From assembly GCA_014894455.1 (NCBI GenBank), contig JADBLN010000102.1, forward strand, positions 48,537 through 112,536: DNA of 64,000 nt, written 5' to 3'. Shown here in pieces: positions 1-11,185 of the stretch. The notes beneath the pieces were generated by a model that did not search any database, was not told the origin of the DNA, and saw only the letters and a program-made list of their open reading frames with translations. The position numbers were made by a program, and so were the translations under genes. The stretch comes from Acidobacteriota bacterium. Lineage in GTDB: Bacteria; Acidobacteriota; Aminicenantia; Aminicenantales; Saccharicenantaceae. Each line of letters begins with the position of its first letter. Position 1 is the stretch's first letter.

Positions 1-206
1 GCCAGCTCCTCGCCCTCGCGTTCCTGCCCGCCGCATGGGTTCCCGTGGCCGTTTCCTTCGTTCTCTTCCGCTTTTTTGATATCATCAAGCCCTGGCCGAT
101 CCGGAGACTGGAGAAGCTCCCCGGGGGCTGGGGGATCATGGCCGACGACATCGGCGCGGGTTTGGCGGCGGCCGCCCTGAGCCGCCTGGTCTTGCTCTTG
201 GTCTGA
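1..206 (+). CDS. pgpA: phosphatidylglycerophosphatase A, C-terminal fragment (5' end outside window)
   Basis: Frame-3 translation ...FDIIKPWPIRRLEKLPGGWGIMADDIGAGLAAAALSRLVLLLV* matches the PgpA C-terminal motif. TGA at 204-206. Confidence 0.55.
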   Translation, partial: QLLALAFLPAAWVPVAVSFVLFRFFDIIKPWPIRRLEKLPGGWGIMADDIGAGLAAAALSRLVLLLV

Positions 207-219
207 GGTTCGGGAGAAC

Positions 220-1476
220 ATGAAGACGGAGATCATCGCGGTCGGCTCGGAGCTCCTGACACCCGACTTCCAGGACACGAATTCCATTTTCTTGACCGCC
301 GGTTTGAACGGTATCGGACTGGGTGTTTCCTTCAAGACCGTAGTCGGGGACGACGAACGGGACCTCGTCCGTGTATTCCGGACGGCCCTCGGCCGTTCCC
401 GGCTCATCCTGTGCATGGGCGGTCTCGGCCCGACGGAAGACGACCGGACCCGGAAGACGCTGGCCAAGGTCCTGGGGTTGAAACTCGTCTTCAGGAAGGA
501 CCTCCTCGCCCGCATCCGGGAGCGGTTCCGCCGGAGGGGCATGGACATGCCCCCTTCGAACCGCAAGCAATGTTATGTGATCGAGGGAGCGGAAGTCCTG
601 GACAATCCCAACGGGACCGCTCCGGGTTTGTGGCTGGCTACGGCGCGTCATCGGATCGCCCTGCTCCCCGGGCCGCCGCGGGAGATCCGGCCCATGTTCG
701 AAAACCACGTCCTGCCGCGGCTCGCGGCTATCGGCAAAGGATTGATGGTCCGCCGGGCGATAAGGCTCACCGGGTTGGGAGAGTCCTCCATGGAAAGCCT
801 GATGAAACCGGTCTACGCGGCGGTTCCGGCCGGCGTCTCCGTGACGACTTTGGCGAGCCCCGGGGACTTGTCGATCCACCTGACCTACCGGGGCTCGGCC
901 CCCCGGGCAGCGGCGGAGGCGAGCCTCGACGGTTTGGAAAAAAAGATACGGGAGTCGCTCTCCCCGTGGATCTATTCGCGGAACGGCGATAACTTGGAAG
1001 CCGTCGTGGGTTCACTCCTCAAAGATAATGGGAAAACGGTCGCTTGCGCGGAGTCCTGCACGGGCGGGCTCTTGGGCCACCGGCTGACCGGCGTTCCGGG
1101 AAGCTCGGCCTATTTCCTCGAGTCCGCCGTCGTTTACAGCAACGCGGCCAAGACGAGACGGCTGGGCGTGCCCAAGTCGCTCCTCGAAAAGCATGGAGCG
1201 GTCAGCGCCGCCGCGGCCCGGGCCATGGCCGTCGGTGTCCGGAAAACAGCGCGTTCGGACTTCGGCCTGTCCGTGACGGGGATCGCCGGCCCCGACGGCG
1301 GGACGGCCCGCAAGCCCGTCGGTCTCGTCTACATTGCCCTGGCCCATGACAAGGGCGCCGCGGTCCACCGGAACCTTTTCTTCGGCGGCCGGGCCCAGGT
1401 CAAGTACCAATCCTCGCAAAAGGCCTTGGATATTTTGAGAAAAATTCTTATCAAGAGGTCCCGAAAAGCTTTATAA
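220..1476 (+). CDS. cinA: CinA family competence/damage-inducible protein (MoeA-like N-domain plus CinA/PncC nicotinamide-nucleotide amidohydrolase C-domain)
   Basis: 418 aa ORF. MKTEIIAVGSELL N-terminus and CAESCTGGLLG C-domain motif typical of CinA. GGGAGAA RBS before the ATG. Confidence 0.85.
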   Translation: MKTEIIAVGSELLTPDFQDTNSIFLTAGLNGIGLGVSFKTVVGDDERDLVRVFRTALGRSRLILCMGGLGPTEDDRTRKTLAKVLGLKLVFRKDLLARIRERFRRRGMDMPPSNRKQCYVIEGAEVLDNPNGTAPGLWLATARHRIALLPGPPREIRPMFENHVLPRLAAIGKGLMVRRAIRLTGLGESSMESLMKPVYAAVPAGVSVTTLASPGDLSIHLTYRGSAPRAAAEASLDGLEKKIRESLSPWIYSRNGDNLEAVVGSLLKDNGKTVACAESCTGGLLGHRLTGVPGSSAYFLESAVVYSNAAKTRRLGVPKSLLEKHGAVSAAAARAMAVGVRKTARSDFGLSVTGIAGPDGGTARKPVGLVYIALAHDKGAAVHRNLFFGGRAQVKYQSSQKALDILRKILIKRSRKAL

Positions 1477-1494
1477 TGGAGGCAAGGCACTTTC

Positions 1495-2049
1495 GTGAGA
1501 ACCTTCATCGCCATCGACCTCGAACCCGGACTGAAGACGGCCCTTCAGGGTCTCATCCGGGCCTTGAAGACGACAGAGGCGGACGTCCGCTGGGCCCAAA
1601 CGAACGCCCTGCACCTGACCTTGAAGTTCCTCGGGGAGATCGATGAGGAGAAGTCGGCCGTCGTGAAGAGGACCCTCCACGAGATCGCCGCGCGCCATGC
1701 TTCTTTCCCTCTCCGTCTCGAGGGGACGGGCGCTTTCCCCGGCGAGCACAACCCCCGTGTCCTCTGGGCGGGATTCGCCGCCGAACCGGGGCTCCTCGCC
1801 TTCCAGGACGAGCTCGAGCGAGAACTCGAACGGGAGGGTTTTCCCCGTGAAGAGCGCGCTTTCCACCCCCACCTGACCCTCGGCCGGGTCAAGGGGCCGG
1901 GCCGGGTCCGCGAGGCCATGCTCGAACTCGAGAGACACCGCAGGGACAGTTTGGGGGAGATGACCGTCCATAAAGTCGCGCTCTTCGAAAGCCGGCTTCG
2001 GCCGGAGGGCGCGGAATACCGCGTCCTCGCGGGCTATGAGCTCACATGA
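1495..2049 (+). CDS. thpR: RNA 2',3'-cyclic phosphodiesterase (2H family, LigT/ThpR)
   Basis: 184 aa. Two H-x-T/S-x motifs (HLTLKF, HLTLGR) characteristic of the 2H phosphoesterase fold. GTG start with GGAGG upstream. Confidence 0.8.
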   Translation: MRTFIAIDLEPGLKTALQGLIRALKTTEADVRWAQTNALHLTLKFLGEIDEEKSAVVKRTLHEIAARHASFPLRLEGTGAFPGEHNPRVLWAGFAAEPGLLAFQDELERELEREGFPREERAFHPHLTLGRVKGPGRVREAMLELERHRRDSLGEMTVHKVALFESRLRPEGAEYRVLAGYELT

Positions 2050-2636
2050 GGATCCTCTTCGCCTTCGCCGCCTATCTCGTCGGGTCCATCCCCACCGGTT
2101 ATCTCCTTGTCCGGCTGACCGCGCGCAAGGACATCCGTCAGTTCGGGAGCCGGAGCATGGGAGCGACGAACGTCTTCAGGGTCAAGGGGTGGAGAACCGC
2201 CCTGCCTGTTGCGGCGATCGACGTCCTCAAGGGATTCCTCCCCGCCTTCTTCGCCCTGAAATATTCCGGCGACCCCGTATTCGCCGCTTTTTGCGCCTTC
2301 CTCTCGGTCGTCGGCCACTGTTTTCCATTTTCGATCGGGTTCAAAGGGGGCAAGGGTGTCGCGACCTCTCTTGGGGCCTACGCCGCAATCGCTTGGCTAC
2401 CCCTGCTGGCGTGCCTCGGCCTGTTCCTCGTTGTCGCCGCCGTCAGCCGCCATGTGTCCCTGGGCTCCCTCGTCGGCTCCCTCGTTTTTCCATTCCTCGT
2501 CCTCCTCACGGGCGGCCCGAAGGGTGTCTTCGCCATCGGTCTCGCCATAGCCGCCCTGGTCGTCTTTCAGCACCGGGGCAACATCGGACGCCTGGTCAAA
2601 GGCACGGAACGAAAACTGGGAGATAAGTCCTCATGA
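2046..2636 (+). CDS. plsY: glycerol-3-phosphate acyltransferase PlsY
   Basis: 196 aa polytopic membrane protein with GSGN-like GSRSMGATNVFR and other PlsY signature segments. Start overlaps the thpR stop. Confidence 0.85.
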   Translation: MRILFAFAAYLVGSIPTGYLLVRLTARKDIRQFGSRSMGATNVFRVKGWRTALPVAAIDVLKGFLPAFFALKYSGDPVFAAFCAFLSVVGHCFPFSIGFKGGKGVATSLGAYAAIAWLPLLACLGLFLVVAAVSRHVSLGSLVGSLVFPFLVLLTGGPKGVFAIGLAIAALVVFQHRGNIGRLVKGTERKLGDKSS

Positions 2637-3628
2637 ATGCAGCGGTCATCGGCGGCGGGAGCTGGGGCTCGGCCTTTGCCAGGTACCTCGGAACGATCGG
2701 CCTTCCGACGCGTTTGTGGATCCGGGAAGAAGACATCTATCAGGAGGCCTTGAGGTCCGGGGAGAACGCCGCCTTTCTGCCCGGGTTCGCCTTTCCGGCG
2801 GCGGTCGGGTTTTCCAACGACCTCAGGGAAACGGTCTCATTCGGCGACGTCGTCTTCGTCGCCGTCCCGTCCCAGTTCTGCCGGACCGTCTACGGCAAGG
2901 TCGCGGCCGGCCTGAGGAAGGACCAGATCGTGGTCAGCCTGACCAAGGGATTCGACAAGAGGACCCTGATGCGGATGAGCCAGGTCATGGAAGAGGTCTT
3001 CCGGCCCCATGTCCGGCCCCGGCTGGCCGTCCTTTCCGGGCCGAGCTTCGCCCGGGAGGTCGCCGCGGGGCACCCCACGGCCCTCGTCGTCGCTTCGCGC
3101 GACCCGGCGACGGCCCGGGACGTCCAGCACCTCATTTCCAGCCTGACCATACGGGCCTACACGTCGAGCGACGTGACCGGAGTCGAAGTCGCCGGGGCGC
3201 TGAAAAACGTCATCGCCATCGCGGCCGGGATCGTCGATTCGCTGAAGTTCGGATTGAACTCGAGGGCCGCCCTCATCACCCGCGGGCTCGTCGAGATCAC
3301 CAACCTGGGGATTTCCCTCGGCGCCCGGAAGGAAACCTTCTCAGGACTCGCCGGGATAGGGGACCTGGTGCTGACCTGTACCGGCGAACTGAGCCGGAAC
3401 CACCGCGTCGGTCATGAGCTCGGCAAGGGCCGGACGCTCGACGAGATCCTGGCCGGGATGAAGATGGTGGCCGAGGGTGTTCACACCACCCTGGCCGCCC
3501 GCCGGATCGCCCGGGCCTTGGGAGTGGAGATGCCCATTTCCGAACAGATCTACCAGGTCCTCTACCGGGGGAAACCGCCGAAGAAGGCGGTGACGGAGCT
3601 GATGTCCCGGACCCTGAGGGCGGAGTGA
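2633..3628 (+). CDS. gpsA: NAD(P)H-dependent glycerol-3-phosphate dehydrogenase
   Basis: 331 aa. N-terminal GGGSWGSA Rossmann motif and GpsA-like body. Overlaps the plsY stop, the conserved plsY-gpsA arrangement. Confidence 0.9.
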   Translation: MNAAVIGGGSWGSAFARYLGTIGLPTRLWIREEDIYQEALRSGENAAFLPGFAFPAAVGFSNDLRETVSFGDVVFVAVPSQFCRTVYGKVAAGLRKDQIVVSLTKGFDKRTLMRMSQVMEEVFRPHVRPRLAVLSGPSFAREVAAGHPTALVVASRDPATARDVQHLISSLTIRAYTSSDVTGVEVAGALKNVIAIAAGIVDSLKFGLNSRAALITRGLVEITNLGISLGARKETFSGLAGIGDLVLTCTGELSRNHRVGHELGKGRTLDEILAGMKMVAEGVHTTLAARRIARALGVEMPISEQIYQVLYRGKPPKKAVTELMSRTLRAE

Positions 3629-3662
3629 GACCCCAAGTTTTTCGAACAAGGAGAAGAGAGCG

Positions 3663-4430
3663 ATGCGAACCAAAGTCCTCGCGGTCCTGAGCATCTGCGC
3701 CACACTGACCTTCTGCGCGTCGTCGCAGGCGAAGATCCAGAGGAACAGGGAGAAGGATCCCAATTACCAGTACAACCTCGGACTGTTCTACCTCAACCAG
3801 AACAACGTCGACGAGGCCGTGAAGTATTTCGTCAAGGTCCAGTCCCTGGATATCCGGTTCTATCTCGCCTTGAACGGACTTGGCCTCGCCCATTCCATGA
3901 AGGGCCGGCTCGACGAGTCGGTCAAAGCCTATCAGAAATGCCTGGAAATCAATCCCCGATTCACCGAGGCCCGCAATAACCTGGGGACCGTCTACCAGGA
4001 GATGAACCTTCTCGACAAGGCCGAGGGCGAATTCAAGGCGGCCCTCCTCGACGTGGGCTACCAGAACCGAGAATTGCCCTACTTTAACCTGGCCCGGCTC
4101 TACGTCCTCCAGAACCGCCTCGACGAGGGCTTCGAGAACGTCCAGAAATCCATTCAGATCAAGCCCCGCCTGGCCATGGCCCACCATCTCCTGGGGGTCA
4201 TTTTAGAAAAACGCAACAGCCTCGACGAGGCCATCGCCTCCTACGAGGCGGCGGTGAAGATCGTCCCCGAAGACGTCCTCTTCAACTACGACTTGGGCGT
4301 CGCCTATTTCAAGAACGGGGATTACGCCAAGGCCAAGGTGATCTTCCTCAAGATCTCGGGCAAGATCATGGACGCCGAGACCAAGGACACGATCAACCGT
4401 TACCTTAAGATCATCAAAGACCAAGGCTAG
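3663..4430 (+). CDS. TPR-repeat lipoprotein/secreted protein
   Basis: 255 aa. Signal peptide with a lipobox-like LTFCAS. Several TPR-like repeats (A/Y/L/N pattern). GGAGAAGAG RBS. Confidence 0.6.
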   Translation: MRTKVLAVLSICATLTFCASSQAKIQRNREKDPNYQYNLGLFYLNQNNVDEAVKYFVKVQSLDIRFYLALNGLGLAHSMKGRLDESVKAYQKCLEINPRFTEARNNLGTVYQEMNLLDKAEGEFKAALLDVGYQNRELPYFNLARLYVLQNRLDEGFENVQKSIQIKPRLAMAHHLLGVILEKRNSLDEAIASYEAAVKIVPEDVLFNYDLGVAYFKNGDYAKAKVIFLKISGKIMDAETKDTINRYLKIIKDQG

Positions 4431-4448
4431 GCTGCCCGCCGGCCCGGC

Positions 4449-5729
<1,281 letters not shown>

Positions 5730-5801
5730 TCAAAAATAGCACATTCCAGAGGGGTTTTCAACAAGGACGCTTTGTGCTATTGTTATACCTTGTTCGGTCC
5801 C

Positions 5802-7160
5802 ATGGCTTCCTCTACGGGCATGCATAAAGCGGCGCGTTCGCTCGTCCTCATGACTCTCCTTGTTGCCGCGTCTTTCCCGGCGGCCACGGCCCAGGAAACG
5901 GCGCCGAACACCCTCGGTTTCGAATTCCAGGAGCACCGCCTGCGAAACGGACTCCGGGTCATCCTGTCCATGGACGGCAGGCTCCCCATAGTGACCGTCG
6001 CCGTCGCTTATGGTGCCGGGACGATACGGGAACAGCCGGGCCAGGAAGGCCTGGCCTATCTCCTCGAGAACCTGATGTTCCAGGGTTCGGAAAACGTCGG
6101 CCCCCTCCAACACGTCGGTTTCGTCCAGAGGGTCGGCGGGGACCTCAACGCGACCACGACCCCGGACAGGGCGCTGTTCTATCAGACCCTGCCCTCGAAT
6201 TATCTGGCCCTGGCCCTGTGGCTCGAATCGGACCGGATGAAGTCCCTCGCCATCACGCCCGCGGCCATCGAAAAAACGCGGGCCGACCTCCTCAATGAGC
6301 ACCAGGACCGGCTCGCCTCGGATCCCTATCTTGAGAGCTTTGCTCTGTTCGACTCTCTCCTCTTTCCCGATTTCCCTTACGGCCACACCCTCATCGGCAC
6401 CGGCATGGAGATGGGAGACCTCACTGAATCGGATGTCCTGGCTTTCCACCGGACGTACTATGTCCCCGACAACGCCGTCCTCTGCATCGTCGGCAATATC
6501 GATATCGCCAGGACGAAGGAACTCGTCGCCAGGTACTTCGATTCCATCCCGCCGGGGATGAACATCCCCGCCCCTCCCCGGCCCGTATTCAAGAAAGAGA
6601 ACGACGCCGTCGTGAGGATCGCCGGGATTCCGGCGGCCGGCGTCGGATTCCACATGGGCTTCAGGTTCTACCCCCTTCAGGCCGGCGATGCATATTCCCT
6701 CAGGATCCTGGAATATCTCCTCCTGAAGGGCGAAACATCCCGGCTAAGGAACCGTCTCCTGCGGCGGGACCTGACCGCCCGCTATCTCAGCGGCGCGCTG
6801 GAAGAACGGCTGAGCGTGTCGGCCCTGAAGGTCTTTTGCCTCAACACCAACGCGGTTATGGCCGAGCGTTCTCAAAAGGCCATCCTTTCGGAAATCGACA
6901 AGCTGCGGACGAACCCCGTCTCCCAAGACGAGCTCAATAAAGCCAAACGTCGTTTCAAAGTGGACTACCTCAACCGGCTGTCGACCCGCTTGGGAAGGGC
7001 GCTTTTTCTCGTCGATGCCGCCCTCGCCGGGATTGCCCTGGACTCTCTGGACGGGGAATTGGACAACTACCTCCGTGTCAGTCCTCCGGCTCTGACCGCC
7101 TTCGTCAACAAGTACTTCATCCCCCAAAACAGGGTCGTCCTGGAGATCGGACTACAATGA
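5802..7160 (+). CDS. M16 (pitrilysin) family protein, zinc-motif degenerate (predicted non-catalytic), secreted
   Basis: ATG at 5802 inside the longer ORF 4665..7160. Signal peptide. The M16 N-domain carries AYLLENLMFQG where active enzymes have HxxEH...G, so both His are lost. Confidence 0.7.
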   Translation: MASSTGMHKAARSLVLMTLLVAASFPAATAQETAPNTLGFEFQEHRLRNGLRVILSMDGRLPIVTVAVAYGAGTIREQPGQEGLAYLLENLMFQGSENVGPLQHVGFVQRVGGDLNATTTPDRALFYQTLPSNYLALALWLESDRMKSLAITPAAIEKTRADLLNEHQDRLASDPYLESFALFDSLLFPDFPYGHTLIGTGMEMGDLTESDVLAFHRTYYVPDNAVLCIVGNIDIARTKELVARYFDSIPPGMNIPAPPRPVFKKENDAVVRIAGIPAAGVGFHMGFRFYPLQAGDAYSLRILEYLLLKGETSRLRNRLLRRDLTARYLSGALEERLSVSALKVFCLNTNAVMAERSQKAILSEIDKLRTNPVSQDELNKAKRRFKVDYLNRLSTRLGRALFLVDAALAGIALDSLDGELDNYLRVSPPALTAFVNKYFIPQNRVVLEIGLQ

Positions 7161-8647
7161 GGCCCTCGGTGCCCGCACGCCGTCCGCCGGGACCGGCCGT
7201 CGGCTTCCTGCTGGCCGCGGCCCTGGTCGCCATGCTCCCGGCTGCGCCTCTAGCCAGCGCCCAGGAACGTTTCCGGAGAACGCCTCCCCTGCCCGACGCC
7301 CAACCCCTGGAGCTCAAGCTGCCGAAGATCGAATACGTCCTCTTGCCGAACGGACTTACCGTGGCCACCGCCCGCCGGCCTGAGGCTTCCGTGGTCACGC
7401 TCCAGCTCGTTGTCCGGGCCGGCGAGGCCGATTCGCCGACGGCACTGCCCGGCGTCGCCGCCATGACGGCGCGCATGATCGGCAAGGGGACGAAAATGCT
7501 GTCGGCCGATTACCTCGAGAACATGATCGAATCCATGGGCGCCGAGTATTCCGTGACCGTCCTCATGGACTACACGGTTCTGACCATGCACGTGCTCGAG
7601 GAATACCTGGACCGGGCGATCTACGTCCTGAGGCTCATCGTCCTCGAGGCCGTGTTCACGGAGCGTGAGCTCGGCGCGGTCAGGAGAACCGCGTTCTGGG
7701 AGCTCTTCGAACAGAAGAAGAATCCCGAGGTCCTCGGCTGGAGACAACTCCTCAGGATCCTCTTCGAGAGCCATCCCTACAAAACGGCCACGTACTCCGA
7801 GGAGGTCATCAAGTTCATTACGACCGAGGACGTCTCCGCCTTTTACGGTCGTTTCTACCGGCCCGGAAACGCCGCCGTCCTGGTTTCCGGGAACATCGAC
7901 GGAGCCGCCGTGGCGGAGAAGCTCGAAAATCATTTCAACGCCTGGGTCGGCCAGTCCGCTGAACGGGCCGCCGTTCCGCCGCCGTCCCCCAACAGCGGGG
8001 ACCGGATTTGCTATGTCGAAGTTCCGAACGTGTCGGACGCGACGATATTCGCAGGGAACGTGATCATGCCCGCCTCGGACCCGGAATTCTTCCCTTTCAT
8101 CGTCCTCAAGCAGGTCCTGGGGGGGACGACTCGGAGTCGCCTGTTCATGAATCTGCGCGAATCCAAAGGCTACGCTTACTATGCTTTCAGCGAAACGGAG
8201 TTCTTCCGTTCCTGCGGCGTCTACTGGGCCCGGGCGCGCGTCAGTCCCGAATTCATCGTCCCCGCCGCCCGGGAGATCGTCCGGGAGATCAAGACCTTGT
8301 CCGTGGAAGCCCCCGTTCCCGCCGAGATCGAGGAGGCCAAGTCGTTCCTCATCGGGAATCTGCCGACGCGGTTCGAATCCCTCGATGGATTCGCGGATTG
8401 GATGGCCCGGGCCGTGGCCCTGGAGCTCGACGACGGGCAGTGGGACAAGGGACCCGAGCGGCTCAAGCTCGTCAACGTCGAGAGGGTCCGGGCGGTGTCC
8501 CAGAATTACCTCGCCCGCAAGCCCCTCGTCGTCGTGGTCGGCCGGCCGGACTGGCTCGGCCGCTTCCTTCGGGATTTCGAGACCGTCGAGGTCTATGACA
8601 CCAGCGGGACGCTCAAGCGCACCCTGCGCAAAGGAGAGGAAAGATGA
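7157..8647 (+). CDS. M16 family peptidase-like protein, non-catalytic type, secreted
   Basis: 496 aa. Signal peptide. M16 fold without HxxEH (GVAAMTARMIGKGT). Start overlaps the upstream stop (ATGA). Confidence 0.7.
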   Translation: MRPSVPARRPPGPAVGFLLAAALVAMLPAAPLASAQERFRRTPPLPDAQPLELKLPKIEYVLLPNGLTVATARRPEASVVTLQLVVRAGEADSPTALPGVAAMTARMIGKGTKMLSADYLENMIESMGAEYSVTVLMDYTVLTMHVLEEYLDRAIYVLRLIVLEAVFTERELGAVRRTAFWELFEQKKNPEVLGWRQLLRILFESHPYKTATYSEEVIKFITTEDVSAFYGRFYRPGNAAVLVSGNIDGAAVAEKLENHFNAWVGQSAERAAVPPPSPNSGDRICYVEVPNVSDATIFAGNVIMPASDPEFFPFIVLKQVLGGTTRSRLFMNLRESKGYAYYAFSETEFFRSCGVYWARARVSPEFIVPAAREIVREIKTLSVEAPVPAEIEEAKSFLIGNLPTRFESLDGFADWMARAVALELDDGQWDKGPERLKLVNVERVRAVSQNYLARKPLVVVVGRPDWLGRFLRDFETVEVYDTSGTLKRTLRKGEER

Positions 8648-10329
8648 AGCTCGTCGAGTGCGTTCCCAATTTCAGCGAAGGCCGGGACCCGGAGAAGATC
8701 AAGGCCATCGTCCGCGAGGTCGAAGCCGTCCCCGGCGTCAAGCTGCTCGACGTCGACCCGGGGGTGTCCACGAACAGGACCGTTGTGACCTTCATCGGGA
8801 CGCCCGAATCCGTCAAGGAGGCCGCCTTCCGGGCCGTCGCCAAGGCGGCGGAGGTCATCGACATGCGCGTCCACAAGGGCGCCCACAGCCGTATCGGGGC
8901 CACGGACGTCTGCCCCTTCGTCCCGGTCTCGGGCGTGACCATGGAGGACTGCGTCCGGTTGGCCGGAGAACTCGGCGCCCGGATCGCCGGAGAGTTGGGG
9001 ATCCCCGTCTATCTCTACGAGGCCGCCGCCAGGACGCCGGAGCGCCGTAACCTGGCCACGGTCCGGGCCGGGGAATACGAGGGCCTGCCCGAGAAATTCA
9101 AGGACCGCTGCTGGGCGCCCGATTTCGGCGAGCCCGTTTTCAACCCCAAGTCCGGCGCCACCATCGTCGGCGCCCGCGAATTCCTGATCGCCTACAACAT
9201 CAACCTCAACACCCGGGACCGGAAGCTGGCCCACGAGATCGCCCTGAGCCTCAGGGAGAGCGGCCGGGCCAAGCGGGACAAGGACGGGAACGTCGTCAAG
9301 GACGGGCGCGGCAACGCGATCAAGGTGCCGGGCAAGTTCAAGGAGATCAAGTCGGTCGGCTGGTACATCGAGGATTACGGGGTGGCCCAGATCTCGGTCA
9401 ACTTCACGAACTACAGGATCACGCCCATCCACGTCGTCTTCGACGAGGCGAGGAGGCTGGCCGGGAAGCTCGGCCTGCGGGTGACGGGCAGCGAGCTCGT
9501 CGGCCTCATCCCCAAGGAAGCGCTCCTCATGGCCGGCCGCTATTACCTCGAAAAACAGGCCAAGAGCCCGGGCGTCCCCGAGGAGGAGCTCATCCGGACG
9601 GCGGTCCGCTCTCTCGGGCTCAACGATGTTGCCCCGTTCGTTTCCGAAAAAAAGATCCTCGAATATCAATTCGAACACGACGGGCATCCCCTGGTCGGGC
9701 TGACCCTCCGGCAGTTCGCGAACGAGCTGTCCATGGATTCCCCGGCCCCCGGCGGGGGGAGCGTCGCGGCCCTCTGCGGGGCGCTTTCCGCGGCCCTGTC
9801 CGCCATGGTCGCCAACCTGACGGTCGGCAAGAAAGGTTATGAGCAGGTCCGCGAAGAGATGGTCGCGACGGCCGTCCGGGCCCAGGCCCTCAAGGACGGG
9901 CTGCTCGAGGCCGTGGACAGAGATACCCGGGCCTTCAACAAGGTCATGGAGGCTATCCGCCTGCCCAAGACGACTTCGGAGCAGGCCTTCGAAAAGGAGC
10001 GGGCCGTAGAGGAAGCCAACAAGGAAGCGACTCTCGTCCCGCTCGAAGTGCTGGAAAAGGCGGGCGAGGCGGTCGCCCTGGCCGGGGTCGCCGCCGCGAA
10101 GGGCAACAAGAACTCCGTGAGCGACGCCGGGGTGGCCGGACTCGCCGGCCAGGCGGCGGGCGAAGGGGCCTACTACAACGTCCTCATCAACCTCGCCGGC
10201 ATCAAGGACAATAAGTTCGTCGCCGACGTGCGGCGGCGGGCGGAGCGTCTCAGGAAGACCTTGGACAAGGAAGGGAAAGCCGTCAGGAGCATTCTCGGGA
10301 AAGCCCTGAGCGCCCCCCCGCAATACTAG
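8644..10329 (+). CDS. ftcD: bifunctional glutamate formiminotransferase / formimidoyltetrahydrofolate cyclodeaminase
   Basis: 561 aa. N-terminus KLVECVPNFSEGR and end-to-end colinearity with animal FTCD (formiminotransferase plus cyclodeaminase domains). RBS GGAGAGGA. Confidence 0.85.
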   Translation: MKLVECVPNFSEGRDPEKIKAIVREVEAVPGVKLLDVDPGVSTNRTVVTFIGTPESVKEAAFRAVAKAAEVIDMRVHKGAHSRIGATDVCPFVPVSGVTMEDCVRLAGELGARIAGELGIPVYLYEAAARTPERRNLATVRAGEYEGLPEKFKDRCWAPDFGEPVFNPKSGATIVGAREFLIAYNINLNTRDRKLAHEIALSLRESGRAKRDKDGNVVKDGRGNAIKVPGKFKEIKSVGWYIEDYGVAQISVNFTNYRITPIHVVFDEARRLAGKLGLRVTGSELVGLIPKEALLMAGRYYLEKQAKSPGVPEEELIRTAVRSLGLNDVAPFVSEKKILEYQFEHDGHPLVGLTLRQFANELSMDSPAPGGGSVAALCGALSAALSAMVANLTVGKKGYEQVREEMVATAVRAQALKDGLLEAVDRDTRAFNKVMEAIRLPKTTSEQAFEKERAVEEANKEATLVPLEVLEKAGEAVALAGVAAAKGNKNSVSDAGVAGLAGQAAGEGAYYNVLINLAGIKDNKFVADVRRRAERLRKTLDKEGKAVRSILGKALSAPPQY

Positions 10330-10356
10330 GCCTGCCGGCGGCCTGACGGATTTCCT

Positions 10357-11178
10357 TTATTTTGCGCGGGCGGAGAAGCCCCGTCCCTTTTTCACCACCG
10401 AGAACAGCGCGAAAGCCAGGAAGCAAAGGATGACGATCGCGGCCGACGCGGGGATGTTGAGGACGAGCGACAGGCCAAGCCCCGCGCCGACGGAAACGAC
10501 GGCGACGGCGGTCGATGCCCGCACGGCCGTCCTGAAGCTGGATGCGACCTGAAGGCCGGCCGCCGCGGGGATGACGATGAGCGCGGCCACAAGGAGGATG
10601 CCGACGACCTTCATCCCCAGGACGATCGTGACCGCCGTGAGCACCATGAGGAGCATGTCCAGCCGGCCGACCTTGACCCCGGCTGCCCGGGCCGATTCCC
10701 GGTCGAAGGTCATGAAAAGGAGCTTGGCGTAGTTCATCCTCACGGCCAGGAGGACGGCCGCGGCCAGGCCCACGGCCAGTCCGACTTCCAGCGGTTCGAT
10801 GGCCAGGATATCCCCGAAGAGATAGGACATGAGTTCGACGTTGAACCCCCTGGCCATGGAAGCCAGCAGGATGCCGACGGCCAGGCCCAGGCTGCTGAAA
10901 ATGCCGATGGCCGTGTCGCCGTAGAGCCCGGCCCTGTCCTTGAGCTTGACGATGGCGACGGCCGCGGCGACGGCGACGGCCAGGGCCGCCGCCAGGGGGA
11001 GGATGTTCAGGAAAAGGCCCAGGGCGACGCCGGCGAAGGCGATGTGGGCGAGTCCATGTCCGATCATCGCGTCCTTTCTCAGGATCAGGAAAAGGCCCAG
11101 GACGGCGCAGGCGACGGCGATGAAGATGCCGGCCAGGAAGGCGCGTTGGATGAAGCCGTAGGTCAGGAGCGCGTGCAT
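10357..11178 (-). CDS. znuB: metal ABC transporter permease (ABC-3 family)
   Basis: 273 aa polytopic membrane protein of the ZnuB/MntB family. Last gene of the znuACB operon. Confidence 0.8.
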   Translation of the reverse strand: MHALLTYGFIQRAFLAGIFIAVACAVLGLFLILRKDAMIGHGLAHIAFAGVALGLFLNILPLAAALAVAVAAAVAIVKLKDRAGLYGDTAIGIFSSLGLAVGILLASMARGFNVELMSYLFGDILAIEPLEVGLAVGLAAAVLLAVRMNYAKLLFMTFDRESARAAGVKVGRLDMLLMVLTAVTIVLGMKVVGILLVAALIVIPAAAGLQVASSFRTAVRASTAVAVVSVGAGLGLSLVLNIPASAAIVILCFLAFALFSVVKKGRGFSARAK

Positions 11179-11185
11179 GTCGGGC

